This document shows, in pieces, positions 38,944-48,803 of a stretch of 64,000 nucleotides of DNA (its first letter is position 1; each line of letters begins with the position of its first letter). This stretch comes from Ferrovibrio sp. Its GTDB lineage: Bacteria > Pseudomonadota > Alphaproteobacteria > Ferrovibrionales > Ferrovibrionaceae. A program made the translations under genes and the position numbers. The notes under the pieces were generated by a model. That model saw only the letters and a program-made list of their open reading frames with translations, made no database searches and was not told where the DNA came from. The stretch lies in the NCBI RefSeq assembly GCF_017994015.1, contig NZ_JAGOLP010000013.1, forward strand, positions 15,975 through 79,974, given 5' to 3'.

Positions 38944-40016
38944 CGGTTGCGCTCCGACTTGGTGTAGGTTTTCTGCTTCTTGAAAGTGGCCTTCTTGTAC
39001 ATCGGGAAGAGCGAGAAATAGAGCTTCACCTTGAGCCAGCGGCCATAGATGCCGTAGGGCTCAAACAGGATGAAGAAAACCAGGATCAGGCCGAACAGGC
39101 CGGGTTCCAGGCCGGGCTGGCGCGAAATCGCCTGCGGCAGATAATCACGCCCAATCGCGATAAGCTGCGGCAGCGAGCCGACAAAAGCCGCGCCGTAGAT
39201 GGCGCCATGGATCGAACCCAGGCCGCCCACCACCACCATCAGCAGCAACTGGATCGAGAGCAGGATGTTGAAGGCATCCGGCGCCAGATAGCCGATCTTG
39301 TGGGCAAACAGCGCGCCGCCGAAACCGGTGAAGCCGGCCGAGACGGCAAAGGCCATGGTCTTGTAGCGCGCCAGATTGACACCCATCGACTGCGCTGCAA
39401 TCTCGCTGTCGCGGATGGCGATGAAGGCGCGGCCGGTGGGTGAACGCAGGATGTTCAGCGCCGCCAGCACCGCCAGCACCAGGCAGAAGAAGGTGAGGTA
39501 ATAGAACGGCACATCATCGGTGATGGTGATGCCGAAATATTCCGGGCGATCCACCGGGAAGCCCTTGAAGCCGCCGGTGACACTTTCCCACTTGATCAGC
39601 ACATGCTCGATGATGAAGGCGAAGGCCAGCGTGGCAATCGAGAGATAGATGCCGGTGAGCCGCAACACGCGCGAGCCGATGATCATGCCGATCAGCGCCG
39701 AAAGCAGGGTGGCGGCAACGATGGCGACGATGAACGGTGCGCCATGCGAGAGCAACACGGCATGGGTGTAGCCGCCGATACCAAGGAAGGCAGCATGGCC
39801 GAGCGAGACCTGCCCGGTATAACCGGTGAGCAGCATCAGGCCGATGCCGACGATGGACAGGATGAAGACGTAGGAGATTTCGCCGAGCCAGAAATCCTCC
39901 AGCACAAAAGGCGCCAGCGCCAGTACAAGCAGCAGCAGCCCGTACCAGAAGCGGTCGACCTTGTCGCGCGTCAGGTTGATATCCTGGTTATAGTCGGTCT
40001 TGAAGAAAAAACGCAT
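38940..40016 (-). CDS. livM: Branched-chain-type ABC permease
   Basis: GYTGQVSLGHAAF, RLTGIYLSIATLAF, AIRDSEIAAQSMG. Confidence 0.9.
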   Translation of the reverse strand: MRFFFKTDYNQDINLTRDKVDRFWYGLLLLVLALAPFVLEDFWLGEISYVFILSIVGIGLMLLTGYTGQVSLGHAAFLGIGGYTHAVLLSHGAPFIVAIVAATLLSALIGMIIGSRVLRLTGIYLSIATLAFAFIIEHVLIKWESVTGGFKGFPVDRPEYFGITITDDVPFYYLTFFCLVLAVLAALNILRSPTGRAFIAIRDSEIAAQSMGVNLARYKTMAFAVSAGFTGFGGALFAHKIGYLAPDAFNILLSIQLLLMVVVGGLGSIHGAIYGAAFVGSLPQLIAIGRDYLPQAISRQPGLEPGLFGLILVFFILFEPYGIYGRWLKVKLYFSLFPMYKKATFKKQKTYTKSERNR

Positions 40017-40019
40017 GGC

Positions 40020-40892
40020 TTACACCCGCTTGCGACCGATATTGCCGAGCAGCCCCTGCGGTCGCAGGAACAGCACCAGCAGAATGACGATGTAGGCCGC
40101 CACGTCCTTCAACCCTTCCTCCAGATAAACTCCGGAGAATTGCTCAATCACGCCGATCAGCAGGCCACCCACCACCGCGCCCGGGATCGAGCCGAAGCCG
40201 CCCAGCACCGCAGCGGCAAAGGCCTTGAGCCCGAGCAGGCCCATGGTGATATCAATCAGCGCCACCGGCGCCAGCAGCAAACCGGCCACGGCGGCAACGC
40301 CGGCAGAAATCGCCCAGATCAGCGAGAAGATCATCTTCACCGGGATGCCCATGTAATAGGCGGCAAGCTGGTTCTGCGAAGCGGCCTGCATCGCCACACC
40401 GATCCGGGTGTAGCGGAAGAAACCATAAAGCGCGGCGCAGAGGATGGCGGTGCCGGCGATGATCGAGAGATTGACATTGGCGATCACCAATTCACCCACC
40501 CGGGTGACGCCGCCGGTAAACGGCGTCTCGAAGGCGCGTGTCTCGGTGCCCCAGATCATCGAGGCGGCGGCGCGGAACACAAAGCCGAGGCCGATGGTGA
40601 GCATCACCACGGCGAATTGCGGCTGGCCCAGCACCTGGCGTAGGATGGTGGCATCCAGGATATAGCCGAACACGGCCATGAACAGCACGGCGGTGACAAA
40701 GGCGATCCAGTAATTGTAGCCCAGGCTCTCAATCACCGTGAAGGCGATGAAGGCACCGAGCATCATCAGGTCGCCTTGGGCGAAGTTCACCATCTCGGTG
40801 GCTTTGTAGATCAGCACAAAACCGAGCGCGACGAGGCCATAGATACAGCCAGAAGCCATGCCGTTCAAAAGCAACTGTACGATCTCAGACAG
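40020..40892 (-). CDS. livH: Branched-chain-type ABC permease (CTG start at 40892 or TTG at 40874)
   Basis: YGLVALGFVLIYK, NFAQG, AAVLGGFGS, RPQGLLG. Confidence 0.88.
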   Translation of the reverse strand: MSEIVQLLLNGMASGCIYGLVALGFVLIYKATEMVNFAQGDLMMLGAFIAFTVIESLGYNYWIAFVTAVLFMAVFGYILDATILRQVLGQPQFAVVMLTIGLGFVFRAAASMIWGTETRAFETPFTGGVTRVGELVIANVNLSIIAGTAILCAALYGFFRYTRIGVAMQAASQNQLAAYYMGIPVKMIFSLIWAISAGVAAVAGLLLAPVALIDITMGLLGLKAFAAAVLGGFGSIPGAVVGGLLIGVIEQFSGVYLEEGLKDVAAYIVILLVLFLRPQGLLGNIGRKRV

Positions 40893-41025
40893 CTTAGCCT
40901 CCTCCCCTGTCGGCGCTTTTCGCGCCTGACGATTCTGTGCTTATAGTTTGGCCGTCAGGGAACGAACATTATGTAAGCGCGTGTTGCGGGTCAATCCGTT
41001 TCCCGCTCACATGAAGCCTAATCAC

Positions 41026-41040
41026 TTGACGTTACGTCAA
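41026..41040. promoter_or_regulatory. Palindromic operator candidate TTGACGTTACGTCAA
   Basis: Perfect 7-1-7 palindrome in the divergent intergenic region. Confidence 0.55.
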
Positions 41041-41059
41041 TTTTCGGGAGCCGCCGGGC

Positions 41060-41968
41060 ATGAGTATTCCCTTCGTGAAGGACCTGGATTTCGCCTATGG
41101 CCATGTTGCCGAGATCAGCCCGCTGGTGCGCCGGGTGGTGGCAAAAAACCCTTCGGCCTTCACCTTCCATGGCACTGGCACCTATATTATCGGGCGCGGC
41201 CGGGTGGCGGTGATTGATCCCGGGCCGGACGATCCAGCGCATATTGAGGCTTTGCTGGCCGGCTTGGCTGGCGAAACCGTCAGCCATATCCTGATTACCC
41301 ATACCCATCGCGACCATTCGCCGGGAGCCGCATTGTTGCAACAACGCACGGGCGCCCCGACCTATGCCTTTGGGCCGCATCCGGTGCCGCGTGGCGGCCT
41401 GGCGGTGGAAGAAGGCGGCGACCATGATTTTCGTCCGGATTTCCTGCTTTCGGATGGAGAAAGTGTCGGCGGCGCGGGCTGGACTATGACCGCGCTGCAC
41501 ACGCCGGGCCATATCTCCAACCACCTGTGCTTTGCGCTGGAGGAAGAAGCCGCGCTGTTTTCGGGCGACCACGTGATGGGCTGGTCCACCACGGTGATCT
41601 CGCCGCCCGATGGCAACATGACGGATTATTATGCCAGCCTGACCAAGCTGCTACCGCGCAGCGAGCGGGTGTATTACCCAACCCATGGCGCAGCGATCAA
41701 CGCCAGCAACACGGGTATCGCGCCACAGGAATTCGTGCAGCGGCTGATCCGGCATCGTGAGGCGCGCGAGGCGCAAATCCTGGCCTGCCTGGCCGCCGGG
41801 CCGCAAAGCATCCCGGCCATGGTTGAAAACATGTATGCCGAAGTGCCGCGCTATCTGCATGGCGCTGCTGGGCGTTCGGTACTGGCGCATCTGATCCATA
41901 TGGTGGCGGATGGCCGCGTGCGGGCCGATCCGGCACCACATGAGGGCGCGCTCTACCGGAAGGCCTAG
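41060..41968 (+). CDS. MBL-fold metallo-hydrolase (LACTB2-like)
   Basis: NPSAFTFHGT, THTHRDH, HTPGH, FSGDHVMG. Confidence 0.92.
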   Translation: MSIPFVKDLDFAYGHVAEISPLVRRVVAKNPSAFTFHGTGTYIIGRGRVAVIDPGPDDPAHIEALLAGLAGETVSHILITHTHRDHSPGAALLQQRTGAPTYAFGPHPVPRGGLAVEEGGDHDFRPDFLLSDGESVGGAGWTMTALHTPGHISNHLCFALEEEAALFSGDHVMGWSTTVISPPDGNMTDYYASLTKLLPRSERVYYPTHGAAINASNTGIAPQEFVQRLIRHREAREAQILACLAAGPQSIPAMVENMYAEVPRYLHGAAGRSVLAHLIHMVADGRVRADPAPHEGALYRKA

Positions 41969-42043
41969 CCAGATGGTTCAGTTGCCGTCATCCTGCTATG
42001 GCGGCTGTCGGGTTTCGGCTGGCTGCAAGCAGCGAGGGAGTGG

Positions 42044-42595
42044 GTGAGCAGCATATTGGATGACGAGATCGGCAGATCGTCCTATCCCCGGATCGTGGGT
42101 TTGGCGTTCCTGGATCATTGCTCGCCGAAAATCCGCCGCATGTGGGAATACTGGAATGCCCTGCGCGGCGACCGGCTGATGCCGGCGCGCCAGGATATTG
42201 ATCCGCTCGACATGCCGCGCGACCTGCTCTCGGGCATTCTGCTTACCGAAGTGCTGGCCGAGGAACCCTGGCTGCGCTATCGCCTGGTTGGCACCGCCCA
42301 GGCCGCCTTGCGCGGCCGCGATCCCACCGGGCAGCCGGTGCAGGGCAATTACATGGGCGCGCATCTCGGCATTCCCGGCAATGATGTGATGCTGAATTAC
42401 CGCATCGTCGTGGAAAAGCGCACCCTGGTTTATACCTACAATCCGATCATCGGCGCCCGCCCCGATGGCAGTTCGATGCGCCAGATGCCGTGGCGCGCCA
42501 GCAGTTCGCTTTTGATGCCGCTGTCCAGTGACGGCGAAAATGTGGATATGGTGTTCTGCTTCAGCGATCTGGACAAGGATGGCCCGAACCGCTGA
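42044..42595 (+). CDS. Stand-alone PAS domain protein (PAS_5-like)
   Basis: YWNALRG..MPARQDIDP, RYRLVGT, GRDPTG, LMPLSSDG..VD. Confidence 0.8.
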   Translation: MSSILDDEIGRSSYPRIVGLAFLDHCSPKIRRMWEYWNALRGDRLMPARQDIDPLDMPRDLLSGILLTEVLAEEPWLRYRLVGTAQAALRGRDPTGQPVQGNYMGAHLGIPGNDVMLNYRIVVEKRTLVYTYNPIIGARPDGSSMRQMPWRASSSLLMPLSSDGENVDMVFCFSDLDKDGPNR

Positions 42596-42620
42596 GCGCA
42601 ATGAGATGGAGTTGGTGACG

Positions 42621-42896
42621 ATGAATACCCCGGAAGCGGCACCGTCAGGCAGCGTGACCGACAACACCGCCCGCAGCCAGTATGAGATGGATGTGGCCGG
42701 CCAGACCGTGTTCGCGCGGTATCGCCGCCAGGATGACACCACGCTGATCCTGCATGTGGAAGCGCCCCCCAGCTTGCGCGGCACCGGCGCCGCCGACCGT
42801 TTCATGCAAGGCCTAGTGGCGCTGGCCGCCCAGCAGGGCACCAAGCTGGTGCCGCTCTGCTCCTATGCCGTGGCCTGGATGAAGCGGCATCCATAA
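42621..42896 (+). CDS. YjdJ-type minimal GNAT N-acetyltransferase
   Basis: HVEAPPSLRGTG, VPLCSYA. Confidence 0.85.
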   Translation: MNTPEAAPSGSVTDNTARSQYEMDVAGQTVFARYRRQDDTTLILHVEAPPSLRGTGAADRFMQGLVALAAQQGTKLVPLCSYAVAWMKRHP

Positions 42897-42924
42897 AAAA
42901 ACGGCCGGGCTTATGGCCCGGCCG
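42895..42924 (-). terminator. Rho-independent terminator between convergent genes
   Basis: CGGCCGGGC/GCCCGGCCG stem with an adjacent A7 run. Confidence 0.75.
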
Positions 42925-42947
42925 CTGTGTCGTGGTTTTATTGCAGA

Positions 42948-44597
42948 TCACGCGCCCGGGGTGGGCAGCTTGTGATCCTTGAACTGCTCGCGCAGCTTGG
43001 TCTTGAGCAGCTTGCCGGTGGCGGTGTGCGGCAATTCAGTGACGAACACCACATCATCCGGCATCCACCATTTGGCAATCTTGCTCTCCAGGAAGCTGAG
43101 CAATTCATCCTTGCTCACCTCCTGGCCGGGCTTCTTGATCACCAGCAGCAACGGGCGTTCCTGCCACTTGGCATGGAACACGCCGATCACCGCCGCTTCC
43201 TGCACTGCCGGATGGCCCACGGCGGCATTCTCAAGATCGATGGAGGAAATCCACTCGCCGCCGGATTTGATCACATCCTTGGCGCGGTCGGTGATCTGCA
43301 TATAGCCATCGCCATCCAGCGTCGCCACGTCGCCGGTGGTGAAATAGCCGTCAGCATCCAGCACACTGCCGCCTTCGCTCTTGAAATAGCCCGCCGTGAT
43401 CCACGGGCCACGCACCTTCACATTGCCGAAGGCAACGCCATCGCGCGGCAATTCGCGGCCTTCGTCATCGGTGATCTTGATATCAACACCATACACCGTG
43501 CGGCCCTGCTTGGACTGCACATCGACGCGCTTGTCGACCGGCAGGTCGGCATGTTTCTTCAGCAGGTTGCCGGTGGTGCCGAGCGGCGACATCTCGGTCA
43601 TGCCCCAGGCATGGATGACAAAACAGCCAAACTGCTTGGCGAAACGCTCGATCATGGCGCGCGGCGCCGCCGAGCCGCCGATCACGCAGCGCTCCAGCTT
43701 GATATCCGCCTTGGTATCCAGCGCCGGATTGGCATCAACATACTGGAAGAAGGCGAGCCACACGGTGGGCACACCGAGCGAGAAATTGCACTTCTCGTCG
43801 CGCAGCAATTCGTAGACGCTCTTGCCATCCAGTGCCGGGCCGGGGAAAACCAGCTTGGCGCCGCACATCGCCGCGCCATAGGGCACGCCCCAGGCATTGG
43901 CATGGAACAGCGGCACAATCACCAGGGCGCTGTCGCCCGAGCCGAGATTGAGGCCGTCGCGCTGGCACACGGCATAGGAATGCAGCACGGTGGAACGGTG
44001 CGAATAAAGCACGCCCTTGGGGTTGCCGGTGGTGCCGGAGGTGTAGCAAAGCGACGAGGCGGTGCGTTCGTCAAATTCCGGCCAGGCAAATTCCGTGCTC
44101 TCAGCGCCGATCAGTTCCTCGTAGCAGATCAGGTTCGGGATGCTGCTTTCCTTGGGCATATGCGCCCGGTCGGTGAGCAGCACAAAGCCCTTCACGGTCT
44201 TGAGCTGGCCGGCAAGCTTTTCCACCAGCGGCAGGAAGGTCAGATCGAAGAACAGGTAGCTGTCTTCGGCATGGTTGACGATATAGTCGATCTGCTCCGG
44301 GAACAGGCGCGGATTGACGGTGTGCAGCACCGCGCCCATGCCGGACACGCCGTAATAGAGTTCAAAATGGCGATAGGTGTTCCAGGCCAGCGTGCCGATG
44401 CGGTCGCCGAGCTTGACGCCGAGCCGGGTCAGCGCATTGGCGAGCTGCTTCGAGCGGTTGGCCAGGTCGCGATAGGTGTAGCGGTGGACCGGCCCTTCGA
44501 CACTGCGACTGACGATCTCGGTTTTGCCATGGTACAGTGCCGCGAACTCGATCAGCGACGAAATCAGCAGAGGACGATCCTGCATCAAACCAAGCAT
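42948..44597 (-). CDS. dmdB: Medium-chain acyl-CoA ligase, DmdB/AlkK family
   Basis: [49 protein letters not shown]. Confidence 0.8.
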   Translation of the reverse strand: MLGLMQDRPLLISSLIEFAALYHGKTEIVSRSVEGPVHRYTYRDLANRSKQLANALTRLGVKLGDRIGTLAWNTYRHFELYYGVSGMGAVLHTVNPRLFPEQIDYIVNHAEDSYLFFDLTFLPLVEKLAGQLKTVKGFVLLTDRAHMPKESSIPNLICYEELIGAESTEFAWPEFDERTASSLCYTSGTTGNPKGVLYSHRSTVLHSYAVCQRDGLNLGSGDSALVIVPLFHANAWGVPYGAAMCGAKLVFPGPALDGKSVYELLRDEKCNFSLGVPTVWLAFFQYVDANPALDTKADIKLERCVIGGSAAPRAMIERFAKQFGCFVIHAWGMTEMSPLGTTGNLLKKHADLPVDKRVDVQSKQGRTVYGVDIKITDDEGRELPRDGVAFGNVKVRGPWITAGYFKSEGGSVLDADGYFTTGDVATLDGDGYMQITDRAKDVIKSGGEWISSIDLENAAVGHPAVQEAAVIGVFHAKWQERPLLLVIKKPGQEVSKDELLSFLESKIAKWWMPDDVVFVTELPHTATGKLLKTKLREQFKDHKLPTPGA

Positions 44598-45023
44598 GCG
44601 TTTTCTCCCAGAAACCGACTGATATTGAATGGTGGCGCAGTGTATGATTCAGCCCTGCCAACCGCAACTATCGCGCGCCTTTTTGCCCGGCGCAGACTGA
44701 CGCAGGGCGGCGGCCCCAACCCTAGCGAGACTTGCAAACCATAAGACGAGTCGAAGCGGCCGGTTGTTTCCCGATGGCCGGCAACGTCCCGCTGCATACA
44801 ATAATGGCCAATTTGGCACTATTTGACTTAATTTTTTGCAGTCGAATAAACCTGATCCCGGCCATTTCTGCCCATAAATTATACATGTTGACTAGTTCTT
44901 TACAGGACCGTGACTTTCGCGCCACAGGTTTCGGCGCAGTCCCATACAACTCAACGCAAGTATTTGTTATGTGAAACGGAATTTGCTTATCTCGGCCCGG
45001 GAAAAGTTATTGGAGGTCTCCTT

Positions 45024-45797
45024 ATGAAGACGAAGTTTCTTGGCGCCGTGCTCGCCGCCGCCTTGCTTGCCGGTCCGGCCCTGGCGCAGGAAAAGCCGAA
45101 TGACAAGCTGACATTCACCGCGAATGTCACGGGTGTGTCGGAATATTCCTTCCGTGGCATCAGCCAGACGGATAACAACCCGGCGCTTCAGGGCAGCCTG
45201 GAAGCCGCCATCGCTATCACCCCGTCGGTTACCGGCTATATCAGCCTGTGGGGCAGCAACGTGCATTTTGTGCCGGAAGTCGCCAATGGCGGCGCTTCGG
45301 CTGAAGCCGACTTCACCGTCGGTTTCCGCGGCACCATCGACAGCTTCGGCTGGGATGTGAAGTACATCTACTACGCCTATCCGGGCGCCACCAGCACCCT
45401 GAATTATGACTTCCAGGAAGTCGCCGCCGCCGTCAATTATGACTTCGGCTTTGTGATCCCCACCGTGGGCATCAACTATACCAACCAGTTCTTCGGCGAC
45501 AGCGGCAAGGCCACTTATGTCTATGGTGGCGTGAAGGTGCCGATTCCGTTCACCGAATTCAGCCCGCGCGTGGTCGCCAATGTCGGCCGCCAGAAGGTTC
45601 AGGCCAACGCCACCTATGGTGTGCCTGATTACACCGATTGGAATATCGGCCTGTTCGCCACCTTCTTCGGCGCGCTGGATGTGGGCATCCAGTATGTCGA
45701 CACCAACATCAAGTCTCGCCAGTGCGTTGCCGCCACGCTCGACGACCTTTGCGATGGTCGTGTGATCGGCTCGATCGGCTACACCCTGACTTTCTAA
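45024..45797 (+). CDS. TorF/Gcw_chp family putative outer-membrane porin
   Basis: Signal peptide; SEYSFRGISQT..PALQG, WGSNV, YYAYPG, C-terminal YTLTF. Confidence 0.88.
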   Translation: MKTKFLGAVLAAALLAGPALAQEKPNDKLTFTANVTGVSEYSFRGISQTDNNPALQGSLEAAIAITPSVTGYISLWGSNVHFVPEVANGGASAEADFTVGFRGTIDSFGWDVKYIYYAYPGATSTLNYDFQEVAAAVNYDFGFVIPTVGINYTNQFFGDSGKATYVYGGVKVPIPFTEFSPRVVANVGRQKVQANATYGVPDYTDWNIGLFATFFGALDVGIQYVDTNIKSRQCVAATLDDLCDGRVIGSIGYTLTF

Positions 45798-45832
45798 GTC
45801 AAACGATTTTCAGCCTCACCGGGCTGGTTTCG

Positions 45833-45870
45833 GAAGCCGCCGTTCCCTCTGGGAGCGGCGGTTTCTTTTT
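45833..45870 (+). terminator. Rho-independent terminator
   Basis: GAAGCCGCCGTTCCC/GGGAGCGGCGGTTTC stem plus T5. Confidence 0.8.
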
Positions 45871-45881
45871 GTGCCGTATAA

Positions 45882-46478
45882 TCAGCCGAGATAGCGGCCG
45901 ATGCCGCCATAACCATCGGGCTTGAGCGGCGCCAGCCGCCTTTGCGCCCGGCTATCAATACCACCCAGGGCATAAACCTTGAGGCCATAACGGCGCGCCA
46001 GCCGCAGCAAAACAGCAAAACGCAGCATTCCAAGGCCCGGAGCGCCGGGATGGCTGGCCGTGGCAAAAACCGGTGAAATGAATACCGCCCCGGCGCCGGC
46101 ACGCCAGGCCGCCACAATGGCGGCAGCGCCATGCGCCGCCGCGGTTTCCGGGCGCCACAGTGCGCGGCGCAAAAGGTTTTCCGGCAGATGCAGCCCATCC
46201 GCCCCCAAGCGCTGGGCCATCGCGCCATCACCGGCCAGCAGCAGACAGAGGCCGTGCCGCCGCGCCAGATGCACCATCGTCTGTGCCAGAGCTTCGCGCC
46301 CGGGGCTGCCATACTGCCGCAAAACCACACCGCTGCCTGCCGGCAGTCGCTGCATCGCCGCCAAGGGTTCCGCCAGGCGCTGCGCATCGGTGAACAGGAA
46401 CGCCATCGGCTGCCGACCTGGCGGCCGGCAAGGCTTTCGCTGCTGCCTGGGTCTTGTTAGCGTGCGGCGTCGTTTCAT
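45882..46478 (-). CDS. Thiamine phosphate synthase (ThiE/TenI)-like protein
   Basis: ADGLHL, FISPVFATASH, VYALGGI. Confidence 0.75.
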   Translation of the reverse strand: MKRRRTLTRPRQQRKPCRPPGRQPMAFLFTDAQRLAEPLAAMQRLPAGSGVVLRQYGSPGREALAQTMVHLARRHGLCLLLAGDGAMAQRLGADGLHLPENLLRRALWRPETAAAHGAAAIVAAWRAGAGAVFISPVFATASHPGAPGLGMLRFAVLLRLARRYGLKVYALGGIDSRAQRRLAPLKPDGYGGIGRYLG

Positions 46479-46492
46479 TTCCGGATCATGCC

Positions 46493-47152
46493 ATGTCCGC
46501 CGCCAGCCCTGCCAGTATAGCCGACGCTATCCAGACCATTCGCGCCGAGTTGCCGGCCAGCACCACGCTGATCGCCGTGGCCAAGACCTTTCCGGCCAGC
46601 GCCGTGGCCGAAGCCCTGGCCGCCGGGCAGCGTCATTTTGGCGAAAACCGCGTGCAGGAAGGCATGGAGAAATACCCAGCCCTGCGGCAAACCCATCCCG
46701 ATCTGGTGCTGCATCTGATCGGCCCGCTGCAAACCAACAAGGTGAAGCAGGCAGTGGCGCATTTTGACGTGATCCACACGCTCGACCGGCCCAAACTGGC
46801 CGAGGAACTGGCGCGGGAATTCGAGAAAACCGGCCGCCGCCTGCCCTGCTTCATCCAGGTGAATACCGGCGAGGAACCGCAAAAGGCTGGCGTGGCGCCG
46901 CTGGAGGCCGACGCATTCATCCACGATTGCTGCGAGCGGCTTGGCCTGCCGGTAGTGGGCCTGATGTGCATCCCGCCTGCCGACGAGGAACCGTCGCCGC
47001 ATTTTGCCCTGCTGCGCCGCATCGCCCAACGTAACGGCCTGGAGCAGCTCAGCATGGGCATGAGCGGCGATTACAGCATCGCGGTGCAATTCGGCGCCAC
47101 CCATGTGCGGGTCGGCAGCGCCATTTTCGGCGGGCGGACTTATCCGGCTTGA
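46493..47152 (+). CDS. yggS: PLP homeostasis protein YggS
   Basis: LIAVAKT, FGENRVQE, HLIGPLQTNK, LSMGMSGD, VRVGSAIFG. Confidence 0.96.
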   Translation: MSAASPASIADAIQTIRAELPASTTLIAVAKTFPASAVAEALAAGQRHFGENRVQEGMEKYPALRQTHPDLVLHLIGPLQTNKVKQAVAHFDVIHTLDRPKLAEELAREFEKTGRRLPCFIQVNTGEEPQKAGVAPLEADAFIHDCCERLGLPVVGLMCIPPADEEPSPHFALLRRIAQRNGLEQLSMGMSGDYSIAVQFGATHVRVGSAIFGGRTYPA

Positions 47153-47153
47153 A

Positions 47154-47192
47154 CTAGGGTGCGGACCCATTATTAGCGGGTCCGCACCCTAG
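47154..47192. repeat. Perfect 15-bp inverted repeat with CTAG ends (MITE-like or bidirectional terminator)
   Basis: CTAGGGTGCGGACCC-N9-GGGTCCGCACCCTAG fills the gap between two convergent stop codons. Confidence 0.75.
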
Positions 47193-47193
47193 C

Positions 47194-47457
47194 TTATTTC
47201 TTCGTGCCGCCGGTGGTGAGCGCCACCTTGTCACCGGTGATGGTGAAGGTGACCTGGCCGTCCTTGGTCTTGTAGGTCCATTGTTCCAGCGGGCCGAGCT
47301 TGGAAATATCGGTCGGCCGGCCGAGGGCCTTTTCCAGTTCGGTCTTGGTGCCGGCCTTCTCCGCCTTCTTGATCACTTCTTCGCTGCTATCGGGACCGCA
47401 GGCGGCCAGGGCCAGCGGCAGCATGAGCAGAAGGGCGTAGCGGGCAAAGCGGATCAT
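47194..47457 (-). CDS. Small lipoprotein (BamE/OsmE-like fold possible)
   Basis: Lipobox LAAC; LEKALGRP..EQWTY. Confidence 0.8.
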   Translation of the reverse strand: MIRFARYALLLMLPLALAACGPDSSEEVIKKAEKAGTKTELEKALGRPTDISKLGPLEQWTYKTKDGQVTFTITGDKVALTTGGTKK

Positions 47458-47498
47458 GGCGGTTTCTCCGTGATTGGTTCGCCGCCAGTAAACACCGC

Positions 47499-48692
47499 CT
47501 AGCCCTGGATTGCCACCCGCCGCGCCAGCAGCCCGGCAATCTCTTCTTCGCTCAGGCCGGCTTCGCGCAGCAAAGCCTGGCTATGCTCGCCCAGCCGAGG
47601 CGCCTGGCGCCGCACGTCGCCCGGGCTGGCGGTGAAGCGAACCGGGATGCCCAGATTGAGAATCGGCCCTTCGCTGGGATGCTCGACCGGGTGGAAAAAA
47701 TCCACCGCCTTAAGATGCGGGTCGTCAAACAGGTCATCGAGCGTATTCACCTGCGCCGCCGGGATCGAATGCGCGGCGCAATAATCCAGCCATTCCTGCG
47801 TTGTGTGACGCTGCGACACGTCCGCCTTGATGGCGTAAAGCTCGCGGATATGTTCGGTGCGGCTGCCGATGGTGGCAAAGCGCGGCTCGCCAACCAGATC
47901 CTCGCGGCCGGCGAAGCGGAAAAAATCATCCCAATTCTCGGTGCTGTAGGGCATCAGCGCCACCCAGCCATCGCTGGTGCGGTTCGGCCGGCGCTCCGGC
48001 GCCAGCACGCGGTCATAGCCGGTGCCGCCCAAAGGCGGCACAAAACTGCGGCCCCAGAGATGCTCGCTCATGGTGAAAGCCACCATGGTTTCAAACATCG
48101 GCACTTCGATGAACTGGCCCTCACCGGTGCGTAATTTGTGGATCAGCCCGGCCAGCGTGGCATAAACCAGGGTGAGGCCGCTGGTCTTGTCGGCCAGCAC
48201 GGTGGGGGCATAACGCGGCCCATCGCCGGTCAGCCCCATGAGATGCGACAGGCCAGACACACTCTGGATCACATCGTCGAAAGCCGGCCGGCTGGCATAG
48301 GGGCCTTTGGCACCATAGCCATAGGCGCCGCAATAGACGATATCCGGTTTCACCGCGCGCAGGTCGTCATAGGTCAGGCGCAATGCCGCCATGGCCTGCG
48401 GCCGCATGTTATGCAGCACCGCATCGGCGCCTTCGACCAACTTGAGGAGGGCATCTCGCCCATCGGGCTGCTTGAGGTCCAGCACGATGGAGCGTTTGTT
48501 GCGGTTATAGGCCAGATGCATCGGCCCCATGCCGGGATTGCGGCCCGGCCCGATGCCGCGCAGCATGTCGCCCTCGGGCGCCTCGATCTTCACGATATCG
48601 GCGCCCAGATCGCCCAAGGTCATGGTGGCGAAAGGCCCCAGCACCACACTGGTGAGATCAAGAATGCGCAATCCATGCAATGGCCCCGGCAT
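47499..48692 (-). CDS. CaiB/BaiF class III CoA-transferase
   Basis: PLHGLRILDLT, LGADIVKIE, NRNKRSIVLDLK, APRLGEH. Confidence 0.94.
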   Translation of the reverse strand: MPGPLHGLRILDLTSVVLGPFATMTLGDLGADIVKIEAPEGDMLRGIGPGRNPGMGPMHLAYNRNKRSIVLDLKQPDGRDALLKLVEGADAVLHNMRPQAMAALRLTYDDLRAVKPDIVYCGAYGYGAKGPYASRPAFDDVIQSVSGLSHLMGLTGDGPRYAPTVLADKTSGLTLVYATLAGLIHKLRTGEGQFIEVPMFETMVAFTMSEHLWGRSFVPPLGGTGYDRVLAPERRPNRTSDGWVALMPYSTENWDDFFRFAGREDLVGEPRFATIGSRTEHIRELYAIKADVSQRHTTQEWLDYCAAHSIPAAQVNTLDDLFDDPHLKAVDFFHPVEHPSEGPILNLGIPVRFTASPGDVRRQAPRLGEHSQALLREAGLSEEEIAGLLARRVAIQG

Positions 48693-48743
48693 GGTGTCCC
48701 TCCCTGGTTTTGGGAAAGACTAGCGGAAACTGCGCAGCAGGCC

Positions 48744-48780
48744 AAAAACAAACCGGGGCCCCGTTGGAACGGGACCCCGG
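48744..48780 (-). terminator. Rho-independent terminator of serCA
   Basis: CCGGGGCCCCGTT/AACGGGACCCCGG stem followed by TTTGTTTTT on the minus strand. Confidence 0.7.
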
Positions 48781-48803
48781 CGAAACCTTGGCTGCAACAG
48801 GGT

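Noticed and set aside
44812-44830. Possible sigma54 promoter (TGGCAC) upstream of the TorF porin
   Set aside because: No GC at the required GG-N10-GC spacing
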